A stretch of 64,000 nt of DNA from Octopus bimaculoides. Its lineage: Eukaryota. The stretch is taken from positions 81,478,639-81,542,638 of the forward strand of contig NC_068985.1 of the NCBI RefSeq assembly GCF_001194135.2. Direction: 5' to 3'. Positions 24,399 to 35,694 of this stretch are shown here, in pieces (the first letter of the stretch is position 1; every line of letters starts with the position of its first letter). The position numbers were made by a program, and so were the translations under genes. The notes below the pieces were generated by a model that made no database searches, was not told where the DNA came from, and saw only the letters and a list, made by a program, of their open reading frames with translations.

Positions 24399-24527
24399 AT
24401 AAAATCCACGCTACATATGTTTCATAGCTAACAAAATCTCGGAAGTAGTAATTATCTAAACGAGAGGGTAATTACTACTTCCAAGGTAGTAATTATAGCT
24501 ATAAAACATATGAAGCCTGGATTTTAT
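24399..24527. repeat. Nested inverted repeat (129-bp hairpin), MITE-like
   Basis: Outer arms 24399-24430/24496-24527 (3 mismatches in 32 bp); inner arms GGAAGTAGTAATTA 24441-24454/24469-24482 are perfect. Confidence 0.8.
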
Positions 24528-24894
24528 CTACTTTATTCCCTAATTTATTAATTGAGTAAATGTAGGGATAGTTAGACAGATCAATATAGAAAGTATATTA
24601 AATACATGAAATTACAAAATATATGTATGTATATATATATATATATATNNNNNNNNNNNNNNNNNNNNNNNNNNNNNNNNNNNNNNNNNNNNNNNNNNNN
24701 NNNNNNNNNNNNNNNNNNNNNNNNNNNNNNNNNNNNNNNNNNNNNNNNNNNNNNNNNNNNNNNNNNNNNNNNNNNNNNNNNNNNNNNNNNNNNNNNNNNN
24801 NNNNNNNNNNNNNNNNNNNNNNNNNNNNNNNNNNNNNNNNNNNNNNNNNNNNNNNNNNNNNNNNNNNNNNNNNNNTATATATATGTTTACTAAT

Positions 24895-25124
24895 CAAAAG
24901 GTCCGACTTACACAGAATACAAATATACAAATAATATAGAGAATTAAAGGGGTTGAAGAAAGGTATTGAAAATCCAGGGGCTCATCTCATCCTACGATGG
25001 AATCAATCTGTTGACATTATTTTGGACCACCGAGCCCCCAGAAACAGCTGTTGGATTTGTAATACTTTTCTTCAACCCCTTTTATTCTCTATCATTTGTA
25101 TTCTGTGTAAGTCGGACCTTTTTG
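24895..25124. mobile_element. Foldback MITE with ~75-bp terminal inverted repeats
   Basis: CAAAAGGTCCGACTTACACAGAATACAAAT...GGGGTTGAAGAAAGGTATTGAAAATCCA (24895-24976) is inverted at 25052-25124. Confidence 0.8.
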
Positions 25125-25159
25125 TATGCAAACACACATTCACACACACACACACAGAT

Positions 25160-25380
25160 TTATGTGTGTGTGTGTCTGTGTCTATGTTTGTTCCCCGCCC
25201 ATCGCCTGACAGCTGATGTTGGTGTGCTTACATCCCCGCAACTTAGCGGTTCCGTAAAAGTGACGGATAGAATAAGTATCAAGCTAACAAAGTATAAGTC
25301 CTGGGGTCGATATCTTCGACTAAAAGGCGGTGCTCCAAAACAGCCGCAGTCAAATGACTGAAACAGGCAAAAGAGTAAAA
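25160..25380 (+). mobile_element. 3' half of composite SINE
   Basis: TGTTGGTGTGCTTACATCCCCGCAACTTAGCGGTTCC...GATAGAATAAGTATC...CCTGGGGTCGAT...GGCGGTGCTCC...CAGTCAAATGACTGAAAC. Confidence 0.85.
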
Positions 25381-25394
25381 GAATATATTCATGC

Positions 25395-25438
<44 letters not shown>

Positions 25439-26074
25439 TGTTTTATAGTGAAAATATTACAATGTCTACCTTCTTGTTAGTCTTTTAGTACCGTTGTCGC
25501 TGTGTTTCATATTATTGTTTCCGACTTGACTAAAATTTTAGTATGACGTACATGTTTATGCGGATATTAATTGGGACAAATCTAATCTTACAAATACTAA
25601 AATTATAAGATTTAAAAGCTTACAATATGAAGTTTGACATTTTAAACATTTAAAGCACGTAGGTTGACAAGGTATCTAGCTATAATGATAAAATCGTAAA
25701 TTATAAATATAAATATAAATAACATAAATAAAAACGAATATATACATATATACATACATACGTACATACATACATACAAAAACATGCATACATACATGAA
25801 TACATACATGCATATATATATATACAAAACATACAAAACATATATGTAATAAACGTAATGTGTGCCAGGGAAATAGACCAGGATGTAGACTGGAAGAAAA
25901 GAGGGACACAGATTAAGACACAAGCGAAAAGGAGAATAAAAATGAAGGAAAAGGAAGTAGAGGAGACAATCGTGGGTGAAAGCATATTTGCATATCGATA
26001 TTTTATAACTCCTATTGGCATTAAAGAAAATGCTGTTATGGAAAAAGTGTGACTGCGTATTTATGTATGTCTGT

Positions 26075-26740
26075 ATGTCATTATTCAGTTAATTTCAAGA
26101 TTTCTTGCCAATAAAGAGCCGGTTTCTAACCTAGATCCAAGGCTCCTTCATTGGAACTTCAACATCAACAACAGGGTATCTTTGTTTGTTTGTATGTATG
26201 TATGTTTTTTTATGTATGTGTGCAGATTTGTATGTTTTGCTTTATGTATGCATTCTCCTGCATATAGTTTCATATCTAGACATGCTCATATATATTTAAA
26301 TGATTAACTTCTGGAAAGTTTTACAGATTTTTACAGTTCCAGTGATGGATTGGATTTGTAGTCTTCAAATTAGCTTTCTCCTTTCTGGTTTTGNNNNNNN
26401 NNNTAACTTCTGGAAAGTTTTACAGATTTTTACAGTTCCAGTGATGGATTGGATTTGTAGTCTTCAAATTAGCTTTCTCCTTTCTGGTTTTGAGAAGTCT
26501 AATTTCTCAAGATTGGTATTTAGACAATGTGTTACATATCGCAGGGCCCCAATAATTACAGGTATAAACCTGAACTTGTAATCTGGATAGAGTAACTGCA
26601 GATTTCTCCATAGTTCATCGTAGATATTCTCTTTTTCACTAATCTGCAGCTTTATGTTAACATCCACTGGGCAGCTAATTTCCACAACTGTACACAGTTT
26701 CTTTTTACTCTATTCCAAATCATTATATCAAGTTTGTTGT
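26075..26740 (-). pseudogene. R4/Dong-type LINE 3' remnant (restriction-like endonuclease C-terminus plus 3' UTR)
   Basis: EKENIYDELWRNLQLLYPDYKFRFIPVIIGALRYVTHCLNTNLEKLDFSK matches the RLE K-Y-x-x-L...P-x-x-IGALG pattern; homologous to 59061-59261. Confidence 0.8.
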
Positions 26741-26799
26741 GCTTACATATGTATGTATGTATGAATGTATGTATGTATGTATGTATGTATGTAGGTAGG

Positions 26800-27052
26800 T
26801 AGGTAAACACACCAACACCGATTGTCAAGCGGTGGTGTGGGACAAATACATACACGAAGATACATGCACACGTACACGCCTGCACATACGACGGGCTTTT
26901 TTCAGTTTCCGCCAACCAAATCTACTCACAAGGCTTTGGACACCCCGAGGGGCTATAGTTAGAAGATAATCACTCAAGGTGCTACGCAGTGGGACTGAAC
27001 CCGGAACCATGTGCTTGGGAAACAAACTTTTTACCACACAGCCACGCCTGCA
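26800..27052 (-). mobile_element. Composite SINE (5' half plus start of 3' half)
   Basis: ACACCAACACCGATTGTCAAGCGGTGGTG...TACGACGGGCTTTTTTCAGTTTCCG...CAAGGTGCTACGCAGTGGGACTGAACCCGGAACCATGTG. Confidence 0.85.
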
Positions 27053-27145
27053 CCTTTATATACTTTTGCTGCGGAGAGTTACGGGAGAGAATTTTCCTCT
27101 TAGACAACGTGTGTGAAAACACTTTCGACTATGAATGACGTCACT

Positions 27146-27389
27146 GGATCGTAGCACACATCTGTTTCTGCGTTTTTTCTATCGTCAGCTACGAACACCA
27201 AATCTACCCTTCGCAAGTGGAAAAGGACTATTCGTTCTTATATTAGAACAGCAGACGTTATGTTTGCTGATATGCGTAAAACCTGGTCAAGTTAGAATTA
27301 AACGAAGTCTTTTCGGGTTGTGAAGGACAGATTTGGTGTTTGTAGCTGACCACACGAAAGAACGCAAAAATGCATTGGCTCTACGATCC
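27146..27389. repeat. Diverged ~71-bp inverted repeat with ~100-bp spacer
   Basis: Core GTCAGCTACGAACACCAAATCTACCCTTCGCAA versus TTGTGAAGGACAGATTTGGTGTTTGTAGCTGAC; arms 27146-27216 and 27318-27389. Confidence 0.75.
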
Positions 27390-27623
27390 GTTAACATCAT
27401 ACACAGCCCAAATGGGTTTTCGCTAATCTTGGAACAGATTTCTATTTTCGTTGTGAAAGGTCGTTCCATGTCCAGGGGAGAAAGGAGGAGAGGAGGAGTG
27501 TAAATAGACACACACAAGTATATATTCACACATAGATAAACACATACATACAGAAGCCATTAGACTTCAATTCTCAGAGTAAGATTTTCAATAACTGAGC
27601 ATATTCATATATACGTAGGTACG

Positions 27624-27725
<102 letters not shown>

Positions 27726-27756
27726 CATATGCGTACATGCATACATTCACACACAG

Positions 27757-27880
27757 AGGCCAATGGACTCGTGATTCCATGATCATGAGTTCGATTCTCG
27801 TAATGGACAACGCGTTGTGTCCTTGGGCAAGATATTTCATTTCTGTGGTTCTATTTCACTCATCTGAAAATGAGTTGTGT
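27757..27880 (+). mobile_element. tRNA-CORE SINE head
   Basis: GAGTTCGATTCTC (B box) followed by TGTGTCCTTGGGCAAGATATTTCAT...CATCTGAAAATGAG (CORE-like). Confidence 0.7.
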
Positions 27881-29203
27881 CTTCTGTCGGCAATGAACTT
27901 AAAATTTTACAGGTGCGAGTTGTCTTAGCTTTTAATTCAATTTAGATGTAAGAATAAAAAATTACTAATTTTTGCTTGTTATAATGAAAAATAAATATTT
28001 ATATTATTGTCTAGTTGTGTCTCTGTAGGTATTCGTGTGTGTCAGAAAAACTAACGTTTTATGAGTTGAAATGAACTTACATTCTCTACTCTGCATTCTA
28101 CATATAATCTTTAGTAAAGCCACACACATTTCTGAAAATTGCTATGAAATATACGATATGACCAAGGAAGTTAGTTATTTAATTATGTAAATGAAATATA
28201 AAACAAATATGTGCAATGAAAATTCCCTTGGAGAAATCGCTGTGTAATCAAGACAATTTGATATAATTGAGTTTATATTGATGTGCAGATGTACAAGTAG
28301 TTCTATATTAATGCATTCAGCATTGTGCATTTCAATAGAGCTATACATTTCATGACAATATACGCTTATATATTAATGAATACGTAAAATAGTATAAAAG
28401 ATTATATAGTACACTGCTGTTTTATTCTTTGAAATTAGATGTATAAGAAGAAACGTATGTATTCATATATAAGAACATGTTTTATATTTACACATTTGCT
28501 TACACACATACAAATACACTCACATACACAGGTATATATATATATATATATATATNNNNNNNNNNNNNNNNNNNNNNNNNNNNNNNNNNNNNNNNNNNNN
28601 NNNNNNNNNNNNNNNNNNNNNNNNNNNNNNNNNNNNNNNNNNNNNNNNNNNNNNNNNNNNNNNNNNNNNNNNNNNNNNNNNNNNNNNNNNNNNNNNNNNN
28701 NNNNNNNNNNNNNNNNNNNNNNNNNNNNNNNNNNNNNNNNNNNNNNNNNNNNNNNNNNNNNNNNNNNNNNNNNNNNNNNNNNNNNNNNNNNNNNNNNNNN
28801 NNNNNNNNNNNNNNNNNNNNNNNNNNNNNNNNNNNNNNNNNNNNNNNNNNNNNNNNNNNNNNNNNNNNNNNNNNNNNNNNNNNNNNNNNNNNNNNNNNNN
28901 NNNNNNNNNNNNNNNNNNNNNNNNNNNNNNNNNNNNNNNNNNNNNNNNNNNNNNNNNNNNNNNNNNNNNNNNNNNNNNNNNNNNNNNNNNNNNNNNNNNN
29001 NNNNNNNNNNNNNNNNNNNNNNNNNNNNNNNNNNNNNNNNNNNNNNNNNNNNNNNNNNNNNNNNNNNNNNNNNNNNNNNNNNNNNNNNNNNNNNNNNNNN
29101 NNNNNNNNNNNNNNNNNNNNNNNNNNNNNNNNNNNNNNNNNNNNNNNNNNNNNNNNNNNNNNNNNNNNNNNNNNNNNNNNNNNNNNNNNNNNNNNNNNNN
29201 NNN

Positions 29204-29234
<31 letters not shown>

Positions 29235-29999
29235 TACTTAAACACGAACATTTACCGATAGACAACAATATACGCATACAATTGAATATATATATATATT
29301 CATCCAAATAGGCATGTATATACACACATAAGTATATATGTATATATGCATGCATCAGTATGTGCGTATGGATGTATGTATGTGTGTGTGTATATATACA
29401 TGCATGTATGTACGTTTATATGTACGTATGTATATCAAATACGTATGTGTATCTGGTTGGATTCGGTGCATTTGTGGTTCACGTAAGGCATGTGCTTTTT
29501 GTTTTATTCTACCTTTGGATTGAATAGTTTTATGAGTGGAATTTGATTAATGAAACCTAGCAAAAGGGCATCATGTTTCACGAGTCAAATGTTCGCGCTT
29601 GGCGATCGCTGTGGCGTGAAACTAGGATTGCAAAAAGAGGATTTCAGTTGACATTAGCTATATTTCTAACATGTACTGAGTATATTCTTCTTGTGTACTT
29701 AATGGCTCTACAGGATTATCGAACACTAGGGGTAAGGGTTTTTAAACGTTTCTGATTTGTTGCAGGGGTGACTATTGAAACTTTATTGTTACACATGAAA
29801 CTTCATTTGGCAATTCACAATTTTGATTGTGGCTTTAAATCTATTCCACTCTAATAAGAAAAAATGTTGGATACATTCTTTATTCGTAGTATATTGAAAC
29901 ATGCAACAATTTGTATACATGCATACTCATATACACCCGTACATACGCATATATACACATGCATTTACACACGCATGCATAAATATATAATGATCATGA

Positions 30000-30017
30000 T
30001 TAATGATAATAATAACA

Positions 30018-30103
<86 letters not shown>
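30000..30103. repeat. (AAT)n microsatellite running into an assembly gap
   Basis: Direct reading. Confidence 0.95.
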
Positions 30104-31472
30104 NNNNNNNNNNNNNNNNNNNNNNNNNNNNNNNNNNNNNNNNNNNNNNNNNNNNNNNNNNNNNNNNNNNNNNNNNNNCATCCCTGCCTGTAGAACTTGT
30201 CGCGAACCGGTAGCGCTCCCCCCGCCCCCCAGTAGCACTGCCAGGCGAACGGAAAGTCCTCCGGAACAGACTAGCCAGTTCGTTCTCGTCGGTGCCTAGA
30301 GTCTCCCCGAGAACGTCGTCGCACTTGCTCGCCACTAATTCTCTATAAATTTCTAAAGCGGAACATCCACAGATCCCATTGCCTGACTGATAGATAGTTG
30401 CGAACGCCTGACAATATTTTAGGTGCCAGGCGCCCAGTCTCGGTCTTTTCTTCACCCAGGACTGCAGTTCCGTCAAGGAGACGAGTTGCTGAAAGACGAG
30501 CCTCACAAACGGAACCCACACTCTCACCGTCCAGAAATCGTTGCAAGGAGGCGTTATCTCAGGGTATGTCTGGGTATTAGGAGCCACGACATACATAATC
30601 CGCCACTCAGAGGATGCTGGCAACAGACTGACTGCCTGACCATTGGAACGCGTCTTTTCCACAAGAATTTAAATAAGAGACGCTCTAACCTGGTCAAGCA
30701 GTATCCGGGACAAGGTACGAAGGTCAGGCGATAAATGATAAACGAAGGCGATGTAAGCATTTGCCACCTCTGCCTGACCTCTCAGGGACAGCTTTCTTTT
30801 AGTCCATTTTTGGGTATGACTGGCTACCCTGTTCTGCCACCTCGTCCCAGTTCTTATCGACCCCGAGCACTTTAACTTGTCCGTCGGTCTAGCGTCCGGC
30901 GACGCCATCCGATGAAAAAATCCTGCTTCTGTAGGAACCCAACCGCAAACCAACCGATTTGTCGTTGATTTTAGCTCCTGCAACCGACTCATATTCCTTT
31001 AGGATGGTGCCGACCGTCTCCACTTCGGAGGCATCCGACACGACACCATGATGGTGATATCGTCTGCACATGCTGACACTGCCCTTCCTTGTCCCAGTTT
31101 GAAAGGGATGCTCCTTAGCTGTTTCAACTTCCGCAACAGTGACTCGAATACCAATACGTATAGAAGAGGTGACAGTGGGCATCCCTGACGGACCGAGCGT
31201 GCGATGCCAAACGTTTCCGATAGGTGGCCGTTTACTTTGACCACTGAACAGGTGCCGCTGTGCATTGCAGCGATCCAGCCTCTGAAAACAGGTCCGAAAC
31301 CGCCTGCTTTCAAGACGGCATCCAAGTAGTGATGGTCGACCCTATCGAATGCTCTTGATTGATCCAAATGGATCAGAGCATCCCCGAAGCCAGCTGTGCT
31401 CCCAGCCCTCTATATGATGTATCGCATAAGGTGGAGGTTGTTGTGGATAGACCTGCTCGGTATTGCGCACAT

Positions 31473-31535
31473 TTTCGCTACCGACGACAAGCGCCAACCT
31501 TTTCGCTACCGACGACAAGCGCCAACCTTTTCGCT
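31473..31535. repeat. 28-bp tandem duplication at LINE internal deletion junction
   Basis: TTTTCGCTACCGACGACAAGCGCCAACC occurs twice, followed by a partial third TTTTCGCTA. Confidence 0.85.
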
Positions 31536-32348
31536 AACACCCTAGCCAAAATTTTAAACTCTGTGTTTAGCAGAGTTATGGGCCGAAAATTCTCTAGTAC
31601 GTCCACATTGTCGGCGTCCTTCCTCAGTAGTGTCACCACATCTCTGCTAATAGCACTAGGAATTCTCTCGTTCTGTTGCCAGTTGCAGTAGACGTCTGCC
31701 AAGAGGTCGTCAAACAAATTTGGCATGAATACATAGAATTCATAGAGCAGACCATCTAAACCGGGCGATCTGCGACTTGTGTAAACGCTCATCGCCTCCC
31801 GAATTTCAGCGGCTGTTATCGGCCTTTCATATAACCTCGCATCAGCTGCCGAGAGCCGCGGAAAGCCGTCCAGGTACGAACTAAAGTCCAATACCGTCGT
31901 CGACCCATCGCCCTCTCAAAACAGCCGCGTAAAGTGCCGCTGAAAATCCACACACATCTGCTCAGAGTCACGTATCACGCGCCCATCCCGATCCGGCAAA
32001 GATCTGATCGTGGTTTTGTTTCTACGTTGTGTTTCCACCCTTTGAGCCCATCATACAGCTTTAGTTTCTTCCATATCTCTAACAACGCAACCTTCGTGTT
32101 TCGCTTCGAAGAAATGATCAAGGGTCATTCTCGCCGCTAACGCATCGGTTGCAATGCTCTTTTTAATTGCCTCTTCTAATTTGCTAACTACTTCACCCTC
32201 TAATCTATTCCTTTTTATTGCTAACTCTTTGCTAAACACTATCGATTCTGCTCTAATAGCCCTCTTCAGGGTGGCCCACCACCGGTTGTTGACGATTGTC
32301 GCTTAACTAGTTCACTAATCCAGTCCCTGTAGTCTTTGTGAACCAGAA

Positions 32349-32434
32349 AGGACGTGTTTAACTTCTAGTTAGGACGTGTTTAACTTCTAGTTAGGACGTG
32401 TTTTACTTCTAGTTAGGACATGTTTAACTTCTAA
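32349..32434. repeat. 22-bp minisatellite x4 inside LINE ORF2
   Basis: AGGACGTGTTTAACTTCTAGTT repeated about four times. Confidence 0.9.
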
Positions 32435-33585
32435 GTCCTAACCCGACTGTACAGATAACAAACTTGTGGTTTGTGTAGTCGACTAATTTAAATTGTGGAC
32501 AACCTACACTATCCGTATCCTCTGACCTAATAAATACTCTATCTAGATACGATCTGGATGACCCATTGTGGTTGCTCCATGTACACATTGGCACGTCAGG
32601 GAAATCCAGTCGATCCCTATCAGATAATTGGAAGTCTGTGAGTAGGTTTTCGAGGTTTTTGCATCCCTTCTGTGTACTATCCCCACAGAGTCCAAAAATC
32701 TCATTCCAGTCCCCTACTAGAACTAAACTGCGAGACGTTCCCAGGAAATTTTCTAGTCACCTGAAGAATTCTGGCCTTCCAGCTCTTGTCGGGGCTGAGA
32801 CGACCACCAGTCTAAGGGCGCCACCTTCGCTACCATTCACATCGAGGACCAACCTACCGCCCGAGTCTAAGAAGATTGCCTTTACTTCGAGATCTAAGGA
32901 TTTTCGGAATAGCACTGCTACCCCGCCGCCCGCTCCCGACAGACCACATGATAAGAATATTTCATAGTCATCGAAAATGGGTGCTAATTCTTGCATATTA
33001 CAAATCCTTGTCTCGCTAATTGCAGCCACATCTAAATCGAGCGACCTGAGATCGTTTAGCAAGTGACCCTGCTTCCAAGCTGACCTCGGGCCACGAACAT
33101 TCACACACCCTACTCTGAAAACGACCGTGTTTATCGGAGAAACAAAATAGAAGAAGGTCACTTATTTTGGATTTTGAGAGTGTCGGTTGATTCAGCTGCC
33201 TCGTCTGAGGCATTATCATTAGTGAAGGGCCTTCCTAAAGTCCTCTTATCCGGCTTTAGCCCAATATATTTTGGATATTTTTTAAAGTTCTAGATAAGTG
33301 CTCGTGTCCGTTTTTACCAGCTGTCTGTCATAGGGAGTTTTCGACAGGAATTCGTCGAACCCTAATCCTTTTGCGTGAAGGTTTGTGTTTTCCCTTACTT
33401 CTTGCATCAGCTCGCTGTTGCTCTTGCGAACAACTGTGAAGTTAAAGAGGATTTCTGGTTCTGTGATCAGTTCTATGGGTTGTTCATGTGAATGTTGTTT
33501 CCTGGGCGTTTGGTCCTGATATTAATATTATCAGCATCAGAAAAAGTGAAATGAATTTAATATTACGGCCCAGATAAAAAGTGAA

Positions 33586-33785
33586 CTCGCAGTATCGTTA
33601 GCACGCCGGGGAAAATACTTTGCGGCATTTCGTTCATCTTTACGTTCTGCGTTCAAATTCCAGCGAGATTTACTTTGCCTTTCATCCTTTCGGAGTTGAT
33701 AAAATAAGTATCAGTTGAACAACGGGGTCGATATAATTGACTTATCCCCACTTAAGCTGCTGGCCTTGAGCCAAAATTTGAAAAA
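33586..33785 (+). mobile_element. Meta/MESC-like SINE
   Basis: CGTTAGCACGCCGGGG...GTTCTGCGTTCAAATTCC...TTTGCCTTTCATCCTTTCGGAGTTGATAAAATAAGTATCAG...CCAAAATTTGAAA. Confidence 0.8.
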
Positions 33786-35694
33786 TATATACATGCAGAT
33801 CTCTGTCATTTTTGTTGATGTAAGCTTACTAGTGAGTCAGTTATATTGCTAGGTATTGGTGGCAATCCCAATATTATAGTTAAATTTTTTTAACTAGTTT
33901 CAGATTTAGCTAGATTAATTAGTCTGCATTTCAGGCTTGATTCGAAACCGTCCTAATAATTTTTAATCGTTATAAACAGACTATGCTTAGCTGTATTCTA
34001 CAGTCAGTATTAAGTTTATCTGCAATGGATTTGCCTTATCCAATGTTAATATACGTCTGTGTGCTAGCTCGCACTTAATATATTACTTTTGTTATTGTTG
34101 AGCAATTGTCTACGTAAACCATTGTCTGTCTTACAAAGTCTTTTCGTCTTATCTGAGGAGACTAATGCTTTTTTAAAGAATATCTGAAGTTCTTAATGTC
34201 TGTAAAAAGTATATGCATGACATTCGTTTCTCAATTAATGTTAATACAGTCTGTGTGCAAGTGTTCTTGTTGCACTTTTATTATTGTTAAGTAATTGTGC
34301 ATGTAAATATTATCTACTTCATATAGGTTTTTTTAGTCCCATCTAAGAAAACTAATGCTTTTTAGAATATCAAAATATGTTAATGTCTACTAACAATTTA
34401 TGATTGAGTTTATGCTTTCAAAATCTAAGGTTTGGCATTTTATCTACACTCCGGTAAAAATTCTTTAAGTCCCATTAACAATTTCAATGCTATATAAATT
34501 TCTAACATCAATACTTCACCTTCATCATCCACCTGTAAATGATCGTTTCGTATTTGTTTTTGAAATTGCTGGAATTTATTGGATCTCGTTGCAACCTTTG
34601 TAGCGTTATCTCCAACTTCTAGAAAATACATTTCTTTAAAGTGGTTTTTTTTTTCCATGTAAATCTGTAAGCTATTTTCCTTACAAATAGTACACATTCT
34701 TAATTTTTAATTTACATTTTCGTTTATATACACATTTAATTATAAACTTACAGTTCATATTTTCATTTATATAGTTGCCTGTATAAACACGTTTTTATTT
34801 TCTACAGGAAGACATTTTTATTTCACGAGCCTTCTTCAGTCTCTCCTTGAAACGAAATTTCAAATAACAGTTATTTTTGGTAACTAATGAGATTCAAACA
34901 TTATTTTCTGAATTCAATTAAAGCTTATGCTATTCAAAATATTTTCTGGTGTTCTATTATATACTGTTTTCCGTATTCAGAACCGAAAGATGCGTGGGAA
35001 TGATTTATCAGTTTCATCTTTCAGTAAATATATAGACTCTACATTTAGTATTGACTAGCCTCTATGATAGCTTCCAAGAGACTATTAAGATATAGCATAC
35101 AGCATTGACATTGCTGCACTGTCTATGACGCGTTTGGCTGCAGTGAAGGAACAAAAAAGAAAAAAAGTGGATATATATATGTATATANNNNNNNNNNNNN
35201 NNNNNNNNNNNNNNNNNNNNNNNNNNNNNNNNNNNNNNNNNNNNNNNNNNNNNNNNNNNNNNNNNNNNNNNNNNNNNNNNNNNNNNNNNNNNNNNNNNNN
35301 NNNNNNNNNNNNNNNNNNNNNNNNNNNNNNNNNNNNNNNNNNNNNNNNNNNNNNNNNNNNNNNNNNNNNNNNNNNNNNNNNNNNNNNNNNNNNNNNNNNN
35401 NNNNNNNNNNNNNNNNNNNNNNNNNNNNNNNNNNNNNNNNNNNNNNNNNNNNNNNNNATATATATATCTTTCTGGATAGAAAAACAACAAACAAGCAAAC
35501 AGAAAACGAGGAAAGAGATAACGGAGTTGGATTTGCTATGAGTTTGAATAGAGTAGAAGAGTAGAAGCAGACACTGTGTAATGGTTGTGAATGCATCATG
35601 GGGTTGAAATTCTCTTCAGCTGGATAAAGTATATTCGTATAAAATCATATTAACACATTGGCGCGTACTTAGACGTGAGAAAACCTTCTATTTA

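Larger units (their letters stand above)
30178..33520 (-). pseudogene. L1/Tx1-clade LINE: ORF1 3' end plus ORF2 APE endonuclease and reverse transcriptase, decayed
   Basis: APE: CVNVRG...DVAAISET...GGGVAVL...VLVGDWN. RT: RSPGLDG, NFRPITLLNTEFKILARVLAKRL, DQSRAFDRVDH, VRQGCPLSPLLY, and CADD in place of YADD. Multiple stops and frameshifts; internal deletion at ~31480. Confidence 0.92.

Noticed and set aside
26303-26491. Exact ~89-bp direct duplication flanking a 10-N gap
   Set aside because: Identical copies on both sides of a tiny gap are a typical unmerged contig overlap (assembly artefact).
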